A stretch of 53,325 nucleotides of DNA from Pyrinomonadaceae bacterium (GCA_046262135.1 JBHENH010000006.1:437-53761), one strand, 5' to 3'. Positions 17,525 through 25,614 are shown, numbered from the stretch's first letter. Notes: generated by a model not told the origin, from the letters alone. Numbers and translations: made by a program.

Positions 17525-17582
17525 CGTTTGGAAACGCACTTGTGCGCCGGCATCGGGGGACAAGTCCCCTTTTCTAAACGGA
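17525..17582. repeat. REP-like inverted pair overlapping the malQ stop codon
   Basis: cgtttggaaacgcacttgtgcgcc (17525-17548) and gggggacaagtccccttttctaaacgg (17555-17582) belong to the same family as the elements at 19145-20089. The malQ stop TAG (17574-17576) is the TAG of ccgtttag. Confidence 0.6.
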
Positions 17583-19127
17583 AACTATTTTCTCTGGTTT
17601 CTCATCAACTCTGCCATAAACCTCGGTTAACTTTCGCAACCGCCCAGAAATCTCGCCGGTTAACGCGTCGGGCTGAAATCGCCAGGTCCAATTACCGCCG
17701 ATCGTGTTCGGTAAATTCATACGCGCCTCAGCGCCCAGGCCGAGTACATCCTGCAGAGGAACGATCGCAGTGTTTGCGACCGATGCCAGCAGCGCACGAA
17801 TAAAGTCCCAGTGAATTTCTTTACCGTCAGTATTCAAATACTGCAAACAAAACTCTCGCTCGTGCTCGATCTGTTTTGCTGTTCGGGTAGAACCTTCACC
17901 GGCCACGCTACGAAACCAGCCAACGGTCGTGTCGTTATCGTGAGTTCCCGTATAGGCAACTATGTTTCGTTCGTAGTTATGTGGAAGGTCGATGTTCTTC
18001 GTATCGCCGCCAAAAGCGAATTGCAGAATTCGCATTCCTGGAAAACCAAATTCATCGCGAAGAGCCACTACATCTGGAGTAATCACCCCGAGGTCTTCGG
18101 CAATGATCGGCAACTCACCAAGCGACTTTCTGATGGCGGTGAACAGTTCCCTTCCGGGCGCTTCTACCCAATGTCCGCGTTCGGCCGTCTTGTCGCCGCC
18201 GGGAATCTCCCAACACGCCGCAAAGCCGCGAAAGTGGTCCACCCGTACGATGTCTACAACATTCAATGTGGACTCAACTCGCTTAGTCCACCAGCTGAAT
18301 CCGTCGTCACGCATTCGATCCCAGTTGTATAGCGGATTCCCCCAGAGCTGGCCGGTAGTGCTGAAGTAGTCTGGTGGGACGCCCGCGACCACGAGCGGAG
18401 TTCCGTTCTTGTCTAACTTGAATTGTTCCGGATCGGTCCAGACGTCAGCCGAGTCGTGAGCCACGAAGATCGGGAGATCTCCGACCAGGCTGATGCCGCG
18501 TTCATTACAGTAATGCTTGAGTGAAAACCACTGCCGGAAAAACAGGAATTGATAAAATATCTGCGCTTCAACTTCGTCTTCAAGCTCTTCGCGAGCGCGC
18601 GCCAGGGCCGCCGGTGTGCGACGTACGAGCGCCGGCTCCCACTCAATCCATGCAACCCCGCTATGAGCATCCTTTAGTGCGCGGAATAACGCATAATCGT
18701 CCAACCAATCTGCATAACGTTGTGCGAAAGTTTCAAACGCACTGCGCAGGGTTGTATCAGTTGTTTGCTTGTAGCGCTCATACGCCTTGCGCAAAAAACC
18801 ATTCTTCACCTCGTGAACTCCCGCAAAGTCCACGCGCTGTGAGGATACGAAGTTTGCCCCTGGTAAGTCAGAGGTGGTAAGGAGACCTTCTGGGATCAAC
18901 TGCTCGGGACTGATCAGTAGAGTATTGCCGGCAAACGCTGAGTAACAGGCGTAAGGTGATTCGCCGTAACCAGTCGGTCCAAGTGGCAACATTTGCCAGA
19001 GGCTCTGACCCGCATCGAGCAGAAAATCGGCGAACGCATATGCTGCGGGGCCGAGATCACCGATACCAAACGAGCCCGGTAGCGATGTCGGATGCAACAG
19101 GATGCCGCTAGATCTCGGAAAATTCAT
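17574..19127 (-). CDS. malQ: 4-alpha-glucanotransferase (amylomaltase, GH77)
   Basis: SSGILLHPTSLPGSFGIGDLG..WQMLPLGPTGYGESPY.., DHFRGF, WGNPLY and YTGTHDNDT motifs are present at full length. Confidence 0.95.
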   Translation of the reverse strand: MNFPRSSGILLHPTSLPGSFGIGDLGPAAYAFADFLLDAGQSLWQMLPLGPTGYGESPYACYSAFAGNTLLISPEQLIPEGLLTTSDLPGANFVSSQRVDFAGVHEVKNGFLRKAYERYKQTTDTTLRSAFETFAQRYADWLDDYALFRALKDAHSGVAWIEWEPALVRRTPAALARAREELEDEVEAQIFYQFLFFRQWFSLKHYCNERGISLVGDLPIFVAHDSADVWTDPEQFKLDKNGTPLVVAGVPPDYFSTTGQLWGNPLYNWDRMRDDGFSWWTKRVESTLNVVDIVRVDHFRGFAACWEIPGGDKTAERGHWVEAPGRELFTAIRKSLGELPIIAEDLGVITPDVVALRDEFGFPGMRILQFAFGGDTKNIDLPHNYERNIVAYTGTHDNDTTVGWFRSVAGEGSTRTAKQIEHEREFCLQYLNTDGKEIHWDFIRALLASVANTAIVPLQDVLGLGAEARMNLPNTIGGNWTWRFQPDALTGEISGRLRKLTEVYGRVDEKPEKIVSV

Positions 19128-19144
19128 TTAGCGTTACTTTTTCT

Positions 19145-19274
19145 CCGTTTAGAAAGCCGACCTGTCCGCCGTTGCTCGCTGCAATCAACCTCAGCATTGG
19201 AGCCGGCGCACAAGTGCGCTTTCTAAACCACACAATTTATTTTCTTCCCCGTTTAGAAAGCGGACTTGTCCGCC
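19145..19274. repeat. REP/BIME-like cluster on the 3' side of the RAYT gene
   Basis: ccgtttagaaagccgacctgtccgcc (19145-19170), the inverted type ggcgcacaagtgcgctttctaaac (19205-19228) and ccgtttagaaagcggacttgtccgcc (19249-19274). Confidence 0.75.
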
Positions 19275-19954
19275 CGCGTCGCGCTTCAATCAACTCTTCC
19301 TTGGTCCAGAACCATCTCTCGTCGATCTCAATCGGTACGCTCGCCGGTTCGTGTGGAAAATACGCCCGATAGCTGGACCATCGCACTTCGCGGGATGATC
19401 GCACAATCCGGCGCGCACGGGATTCATGTGAATGTAATGAAGCTTCTGGCGAAGAAATTTGCGGCTCCATATGTCAACGGCCGAAAACTCTTTCATCCAC
19501 ACAGCGTGAGTTTGACCGGACTTGAGTGGCTTTCGCAGACGCAATTTCGCTAGCGACACCGCGTGCCCTTCCCTACGTAACCAAGCGAGTATCGAAAGTG
19601 CTGCCCTGCCCTTGAGCCGCCCGACGACAATACTTATGTCCAAACATAAAGGATTCGCTAACATGTGAAAATGATCAGGCATGATCACGTAGCCAACTAG
19701 CTTGAACGTTCTTTTTCCCTGGTCGACGCCAAAGCCTCGATCAAAAGAGAGCAGGCATGTTCACTGCGAAATACTGGCACGCGATTGAATGTCACAGCTG
19801 TGACATAATGGACGAGGTTTGGTTTTCGCGATTTGAACAGACGCATCTTGCCTGGGCGCTTAAGCATGATTTCACTCCCTTCGTTGTTAATTGTTTGAAA
19901 GAGCATCGTGCCTCGCTCATTCTCGTAATCGTGGAGGTTTTCATTCAATGCCAT
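19237..19954 (-). mobile_element. REP-associated tyrosine transposase (RAYT, IS200/IS605 Y1 family) gene disrupted by two frameshifts
   Basis: N-terminus HYVTAVTFNRVPVF.., HUH motif GYVIMPDHFHML and Tyr motif LHYIHMNPVRAGL. The C-terminus EVRWSSYRAYFPHEPASV.. is in a third frame. The frame changes lie at the T5 run 19712-19716 and the G3 run 19392-19394. Confidence 0.8.
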
Positions 19955-20089
19955 CCGTTTAGAAAGCGGACTTGTCCGCCGTCTCGCGCCTCAAGCAATC
20001 TGTTAGGTTTGGGCGCACAAGTGCGCTTTCTAAACGGCGGCGCGGTGCTCTTTTCCGTCCGGCGGCGCACAAGTGCGCTTTCTAAACGG
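19955..20089. repeat. REP/BIME-like cluster abutting the RAYT start codon
   Basis: ccgtttagaaagcggacttgtccgcc (19955-19980) begins directly after the ATG. Two inverted-type copies of ggcgcacaagtgcgctttctaaacgg follow at 20012-20037 and 20064-20089. Confidence 0.75.
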
Positions 20090-20399
20090 GTGGAAACTAT
20101 ATTGTTCAGCTCTAAAACAACTGTAAAGCGACGCCGTTCTTGCAGGAAGAATTAGCGTGACTTCGCCGTTCTTCACACGCGAGCGAGTATTGGCCACCCG
20201 CTTTTCTAACTTAATTGCGGTCCTTCACTGATTCTTTACCATCCTGCTAGCTAGCCTTCTTTCACTCGGATTCGCTGAGCGGAACCTTTCTCCCACCTTC
20301 ACAAAGAAGGCGGACTCCAAGCGATGATTGATTTTCTTCGGTGGCTGCAATTTTCGAAAAGGAATATCTTACGCTTTTGCCGGTAATCTAATTCGCAAT

Positions 20400-20436
20400 G
20401 CGGAGGTTAGAGTTCGATCCCCTCTCTGCTCCACCA
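20400..20436 (+). other. tRNA 3'-half-like remnant (T-arm-like, acceptor 3' strand and CCA)
   Basis: gcggaggttagagttcgatcccctctctgctccacca contains a TTCGATC T-loop and ends in ACCA. The T-stem is imperfect and there is no complementary 5' acceptor strand (ggagcag) upstream. Confidence 0.35.
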
Positions 20437-20480
20437 ATAACTTACATTGCAGAGGGCCGGTAAGTTCGCTGCGAGCGAAA

Positions 20481-21395
20481 CTATTTGTTGAGCGGCACAG
20501 CGATTACATTGGTCAAACGAAGAAATGCTTCTTCCAGGCTCTCCTGAGCCGGGGTCAACTCATATACTTTGATCCCATGAGCGACTAACAGGGCGTTCAC
20601 GGCAGGAATGCGTTCCGCGTCCGCATCAATCTGCAAAAAGGCAGCGCCATTCTGGCTAACCATCACGCCAGGTTCCCTGGTGAGTAACTCAGTCGCGGCT
20701 GGCAAGTCGTCGACTCGCACTTTGAATCGGCTTGTGGGTGCTACCAGTGCATCCGGCCCGCCTTCATAAAGCAAACGTCCCTCGTGAATGATTCCAACCC
20801 GATTGCACAGTTGTTCAACCTCAGCGAGCAAATGACTCGATAGCAATACAGTCAACCTGAATTCAGCTCGGAGCCGCCGAATTAGTTGCCGCGTTTCTTG
20901 TATTCCTTGCGGATCGAGACCGTTTGTCGGCTCATCAAGAATGATAAGTTCCGGTGTTGGTAAAAGCGCCTGTGCAATTCCTAAACGCTGACGCATTCCA
21001 TAAGAATAAACCCGGACCGGATCTCGCGCGCGGTCACGCAAGTCAACCATCTCGAGAACTTCTTCCACCCGCTTCAATTGGACCCCTCCGGACAACGAAG
21101 CCAGCAATTGCAAATTCCTGCGCCCAGAAAAATTCTCGTAGAACGCTGGCGTCTCGACTATTGCGCCCACTCGCGAGCGCGCCCGCAGATACTCCCAACT
21201 CGACGCACGCACCGGAAATTTGATCACGCCAGATGTAGGCCTAACCAGACGCAACAACATCCTCAGCGTGGTTGATTTTCCTGCCCCGTTTGGACCGAGA
21301 AAGCCGTAGATCTCTCCGGGCGCGACCGAGAGGTCGATTGCGTCGACTGCGCGCGGACCCTTCTTGAAGTCCTTGACGAGTTGCTCGGCTTCGAT
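20481..21395 (-). CDS. ABC transporter ATP-binding protein with an undefined start codon
   Basis: IEAEQLVKDFKKGPRAVDAIDLSVAPGEIYGFLGPNGAGKSTT (Walker A), SYGMRQRLGIAQAL (signature) and LIILDEPTNGLD (Walker B). The frame is open only from 21407, with no ATG, GTG or TTG before Walker A. Confidence 0.8.
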   Translation of the reverse strand: MEAEQLVKDFKKGPRAVDAIDLSVAPGEIYGFLGPNGAGKSTTLRMLLRLVRPTSGVIKFPVRASSWEYLRARSRVGAIVETPAFYENFSGRRNLQLLASLSGGVQLKRVEEVLEMVDLRDRARDPVRVYSYGMRQRLGIAQALLPTPELIILDEPTNGLDPQGIQETRQLIRRLRAEFRLTVLLSSHLLAEVEQLCNRVGIIHEGRLLYEGGPDALVAPTSRFKVRVDDLPAATELLTREPGVMVSQNGAAFLQIDADAERIPAVNALLVAHGIKVYELTPAQESLEEAFLRLTNVIAVPLNK

Positions 21396-22227
21396 CCCGT
21401 GCTCGGCCTACTTCCACTAGCAACGGCCAGTGGTCCATTCGGCTGACTGCGGCATCACGCAAAACCTCGACTCGTCCAACTTGTACAAGTTTAGCTGGGC
21501 CAAAAATGTAATCGATGCGCCGATCATTGATTGCTGTATCGCCGGCTTCGCGTCCCAGATCACGAAAGTTGCGCAGGATGTGGCTATACGATTCGCTGTC
21601 GTGTTTCACGTTATCAGTATAGAGATTTGTCTCATTGGCAGCTTTGAGTTCAAAGTTGAAATCACCTGCTATGAAAACTTCAGACGATTCTGTACGAACT
21701 TCCGTCCAATCTATTAAGGCTTCCGTGTAGATCCTTCGTTGGGAGGCATTAAACGCATCAGCATGGGCGCTCAAGAGCACGACCTCCGGCGTGTCAGGTC
21801 GGGCTCGGAATGAAGCTGCAAGAGCGTAACGAGCGCCCACGGCAACCGGAATAAATTTTGCGTGGACATCTTTAACCAATACAGCCTCGAAGCGATCTCC
21901 CTTTCCCTGCTGCGCAACTGCGCCGCGATATTTACCGTGTAAGAGTCCGAGCAGAATGTTTAATTGCGCTGTGCCCGTCAGTTCTTGCAAGGCAACTGCA
22001 TCAGGATCTTCACGTAAGATCACCTCCGCAACTGCAGGCAAGTCTTTGTTGTGCGCGCGTGTGTCATCTTCAAGTTCGGCATAACCGATATTCCAGGTAA
22101 ACAGGCGAAGCGAAACAAGAGTCTTAGCCGGCAAACTTACCTCTTCGGGCTCACGCGGCGGCGCGAAGTGAACGGCGCCCACAATCATCAGACAAAACAG
22201 GAGCAAAAGGATTAGTTTCACCCACAT
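21241..22227 (-). CDS. Membrane-anchored endonuclease/exonuclease/phosphatase (EEP) family protein whose 3' tail overlaps the ATPase out of frame
   Basis: ATG 22227 lies 1 nt after the permease stop. Transmembrane anchor MWVKLILLLLFCLMIVGAV. EEP motifs are LFTWNIGY, VALQEL, IAGDFN and SRMDHWPLLVEV (ending near 21408). The remaining Arg-rich tail of about 55 codons lies over the ATPase N-terminus. Confidence 0.7.
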   Translation of the reverse strand: MWVKLILLLLFCLMIVGAVHFAPPREPEEVSLPAKTLVSLRLFTWNIGYAELEDDTRAHNKDLPAVAEVILREDPDAVALQELTGTAQLNILLGLLHGKYRGAVAQQGKGDRFEAVLVKDVHAKFIPVAVGARYALAASFRARPDTPEVVLLSAHADAFNASQRRIYTEALIDWTEVRTESSEVFIAGDFNFELKAANETNLYTDNVKHDSESYSHILRNFRDLGREAGDTAINDRRIDYIFGPAKLVQVGRVEVLRDAAVSRMDHWPLLVEVGRARDRSRATRQGLQEGSARSRRNRPLGRARRDLRLSRSKRGRKINHAEDVVASG

Positions 22228-22228
22228 T

Positions 22229-23080
22229 TCAGGTAACGATATCCTTCCGCTCGAAGATAACCACTGCTGCCAGCAACAACCCGGTCGTATAAGCGCCGCA
22301 GACACACGCGTTGTGCCATAGGCTTTGCCAGGGAATGTCAGGCTTGAACACGTCACGCCAGAAGTCCATGTGGGTCGTGAAAAAGTAGGGCCGCAAATGC
22401 TCGAAGAACTCCACCCTCCCGACGATGTAGAGAGTTAAATATGCGGCGATTGTCATAACGGTAGCTTGTACTGGCGAGTCGAAGGTGACTGAGCAAACGA
22501 GCGCGAGAGCGGCGACAACGAGAAGCGCCCACGTACCCGACAGTGCGGCGTAAGCGAAACGCATTAGTGCCTCATCGCGCAATATCTTTCCTGGCGCGTC
22601 CACGAGATTAAGTGGACCAGGATAGAGCTCCAGGTTTCCCCAGCCGACAAAAATCAATCCAACCACTAGATTCAAGCCAATGAAGAAGGTGAGGAGGAGA
22701 CCGGCGTGGAGCGCCGTCACCAAAAACTTCGCAAGCACGAGCGAGGCACGCGAAATTGGACGTGTACAGATCATCCGCAGGGTGCCGGCGCGCGCTTCGC
22801 CTGCGATCTGCGAGCCTGCGATCATGGACACGAAAATCGGTAAGAGTAAGGTAAATGAAAACACGACTGAGTAGAGCGCGAAGGTCAAGCCATTGAAGTA
22901 TTGTTTCGATTCATATGTATATTTGAACTGCTCAACGGCCTGCCCACCTGTCTTGCGCTCCGCATAGGTGTAGAACCCCCAAAGCATCAGCGCAACGAAT
23001 CCAATCAGTGCGATAAAGGAGAGGTAAAAGCTTTTCGCACGGAGCAACTTTTCCAACTCTAATTTGAGTAGTGTGAGCAT
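22229..23080 (-). CDS. ABC-2 type transporter permease
   Basis: Six predicted transmembrane segments, with a long loop after the first that is typical of the ABC-2/NosY-like architecture. It is the first gene of the permease-EEP-ATPase operon. Confidence 0.75.
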   Translation of the reverse strand: MLTLLKLELEKLLRAKSFYLSFIALIGFVALMLWGFYTYAERKTGGQAVEQFKYTYESKQYFNGLTFALYSVVFSFTLLLPIFVSMIAGSQIAGEARAGTLRMICTRPISRASLVLAKFLVTALHAGLLLTFFIGLNLVVGLIFVGWGNLELYPGPLNLVDAPGKILRDEALMRFAYAALSGTWALLVVAALALVCSVTFDSPVQATVMTIAAYLTLYIVGRVEFFEHLRPYFFTTHMDFWRDVFKPDIPWQSLWHNACVCGAYTTGLLLAAVVIFERKDIVT

Positions 23081-23754
23081 ACCAGCGCCTCAGCTTGAAT
23101 GATTTTACGTGGCCAGTCAGTCTGTTGTTCAGCATACTTACGCCCAAAGTAGGGGGCAACTGGACTAGCCACAGCTTGCAGGTGTGGCTGGTCACCACTC
23201 CAACGCGGAGGTCAGACAACCGTTTCCTGCCACGGTTCTGTATATGACCATAGTCTGCGGCTGCGCTTTCCGCCTGGTCTGCTCGCATCTCACAGTCCGG
23301 TAATGTTTGATCAAAAACGATCCGATAGATCTGCGAATCAGGGTCAGTTGAGTCACCTCAAGCGGTCTAGTATACGGCCTCGTTCGGTTAGGTGTAGGTA
23401 GATCTTAAACGCAACTGATTCATGAACCCCGCCGCATGTTGCCTTGGCGCCAATCCTCCCCTACTCCAGTAATCGTATTGTTTCAAAGCGCAAGGATTGA
23501 TTTCTTAGATTTGACGCAACCACCAGCTAACATCGGCCATCCGCAAAACCTCGCCGGCTTGTTGACTTGTATAAGGATCCTGAATCTAGTCTGGCTTCAG
23601 ACCACGGCAGACTAGCGTTTTATTAATTGTAAAGCCTGCGTGAGGTGTCACATTGCACTTCCCGCCAACCCCGACATTGACGAGAGAAAAAATGACGCGG
23701 TGCGTTCACCCGAGCCGCCAGACACTTCAAAACAAAAGTATCGCGATGTTTACT

Positions 23755-23808
23755 TAACAATTGTTAGGCAGGATAGTTCTCCCCAATAAAAATTCCCCAA
23801 TAAAAATT
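23755..23808. repeat. 12-bp perfect palindrome plus a 14-bp tandem direct repeat in an AT-rich upstream region
   Basis: taacaattgtta lies at 23755-23766. ccccaataaaaatt occurs twice in tandem at 23781-23794 and 23795-23808, about 190 nt upstream of ATG 23997. Confidence 0.6.
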
Positions 23809-23996
23809 AGTTTTGAAAATATTAAATGTTTTAAACGCGACTTCGGCTGTGAATCTGAAGCACTCGTGAGGACGGGGTGTTTACGCGTGTCTGAAATGAT
23901 CCATAAAGGATGGGTTTCGGGTCTTAAAGAATGGCGCTTCGTCGGAACATTGTCCCTAATTTCATAAGCGTGACCATTGAGAAAGGGGAGGTACAA

Positions 23997-25574
23997 ATGA
24001 TGAAAACGATCGAGAAGGAGCATCGTCTTCCAGGGGTGCTCGCTTTTAGCGTGAGAAAAATTCACAAATACATCGTTGTCCCGCTCGCGCTAGCCTCGCT
24101 GGCAGTGTCAATGTTGGGCGCCACGGGAATCGCTGCGCCCCTCGCACCAAAAATTACCCAAGTCTACACCACTGCAGAAACCGCCAGTTCAGCAGCCGTG
24201 GTATGGAACACCAACATTGCCTCTGATTCCCTATTACAGTACAGCACCAGCAATCCGGTGCCAGCCTCTGCGCCGCAGATGTACTCGGCAAGTCAGGTTA
24301 CTTTTCACGATATTCCACTTAGCGGACTCACGCCAGGAACTCTTTACTTTTATAAGGTGACGAGTTGCAGCAAGAAGGGTTGCGCCACGGCTACCGGCAG
24401 CTTCGAAACGTTTCCAAGCTGCCCAGACGTGGTGCCGCCGGTCTCAGGTAGTTGGCAAAAGGCCATCAGCGCAAATGTCACTGGCACAACCTCACTTAAG
24501 AATCAACTTCTGGGCGTGGCCGCAGTATCGGAAAACGACGTCTGGGCTGTGGGCTGGGCACAGAATCCTAATGGCCCGGAGTATGTCAAACGTACTTTAA
24601 TTCAACACTTCGACGGCAATCTCTGGTCAATCGTGCCAAGCCCGAATCCGCCCAATGATGTTATAAGTGAACTGCCTTCCGTCTCCGCAGCAGCCGCAAA
24701 CGACGTCTGGGCAGTCGGGTCTTCACACAGTGGGGGCCCTCCAGGGCGAACATTAATTGAGCACTGGGACGGAACGCAATGGAGTATCGTCCCCAGCCCA
24801 AGCCCGGATACCCAACTCAACGTTCTTAATGGTGTGACAGCGCTTTCAGCCAACAACGCTTGGGCAGTAGGATACCGTGGCGGCACTCAAAATGAAACAT
24901 CGTTAGAGACGCTCATCCTGCATTGGGATGGTACGAGTTGGCGCCAGGTGGCAAGTCCCAATATCGCGGGTGGGGCTAATCAGCTCTCCGGTATCACCGC
25001 AATATCCGCTAACGACATCTGGGCCGTGGGCAGTGCCGGGGGAGCGCCGCTTGCCATGCACTGGAACGGGAACGCATGGAGTGTTGTTCCCATACATGTA
25101 AGCAGTGGCTTGAGCAGCGAAAGGCTTACCGCAGTTTCCGCGACTGCCAGTAACGACGTATGGGCAGTGGGTCAGGGTAAGGGCTTTTTCACTAACCAGA
25201 CGTTCGCTAAGATTCGGCACTGGGATGGGACCCGCTGGACTCAAAAGCTTTGCTATGCCTCAAGCGCTTCGAATCCGCCTGCTGGCTATGAAGGAGATGG
25301 TGGACCTGACGCCTATTTCACTGGAGTTGCTGCTGCTGCCGGCAACGACGTCTGGGCCGTTGGTGCAATTGGCTCTGGTCCCATGATTCTCCACTGGGAT
25401 GGCCGGGCCTGGACGGTTGTTACTCACCCGCGTGCCTTTCCCAACTCCGCTGTTTTGCGAGCCGTAGCAACTTCGGGCGGCGGCAGCGCCTGGAGTGTGG
25501 GAGTAGACATAGAAATTGACACCTCTAACTCAACCAGCCACGAGCGCACCTTGATTCATAGGTATACTCCCTAG
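23997..25574 (+). CDS. Secreted FN3-like plus multi-blade beta-propeller repeat protein
   Basis: RBS aaaggggagg, then ATG 23997. Signal peptide, then an FN3/PAP-N-like segment (SAAVVWNTNIASDSLLQYS..LTPGTLYFYKV). At least 6 repeats of the form NDVWAVG..(L/I).HWDG..W..V follow. Confidence 0.75.
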   Translation: MMKTIEKEHRLPGVLAFSVRKIHKYIVVPLALASLAVSMLGATGIAAPLAPKITQVYTTAETASSAAVVWNTNIASDSLLQYSTSNPVPASAPQMYSASQVTFHDIPLSGLTPGTLYFYKVTSCSKKGCATATGSFETFPSCPDVVPPVSGSWQKAISANVTGTTSLKNQLLGVAAVSENDVWAVGWAQNPNGPEYVKRTLIQHFDGNLWSIVPSPNPPNDVISELPSVSAAAANDVWAVGSSHSGGPPGRTLIEHWDGTQWSIVPSPSPDTQLNVLNGVTALSANNAWAVGYRGGTQNETSLETLILHWDGTSWRQVASPNIAGGANQLSGITAISANDIWAVGSAGGAPLAMHWNGNAWSVVPIHVSSGLSSERLTAVSATASNDVWAVGQGKGFFTNQTFAKIRHWDGTRWTQKLCYASSASNPPAGYEGDGGPDAYFTGVAAAAGNDVWAVGAIGSGPMILHWDGRAWTVVTHPRAFPNSAVLRAVATSGGGSAWSVGVDIEIDTSNSTSHERTLIHRYTP

Positions 25575-25581
25575 CTATCAG

Positions 25582-25614
25582 AAAAAAGGGCGGCCCACCT
25601 ACCTGGACCGCCCC
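25582..25614 (-). terminator. Putative intrinsic terminator for the haloperoxidase-like gene
   Basis: On the minus strand, ggggcggtcc-aggtaggt-gggccgccc is followed by tttttt (A run at 25582-25587 on the plus strand). Confidence 0.5.

Noticed and set aside
19700-19725. There could be a programmed -1 ribosomal frameshift at G GAA AAA G in the RAYT gene.
   Set aside because: The run has only five A residues and is not a canonical X XXY YYZ heptamer. A second, unrelated +1-type break lies at 19392-19394, and RAYTs are not known to use recoding. A mutation or homopolymer error is more parsimonious.
20340-20436. The region could hold a complete tRNA or a tmRNA (the 5' string ggtggctgcaattttcgaaaagg vaguely resembles a tmRNA 5' end).
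   Set aside because: No acceptor-stem pairing is possible between the two ends. The span is about 95 nt, which is too short for a tmRNA, and no tag-peptide reading frame is present.
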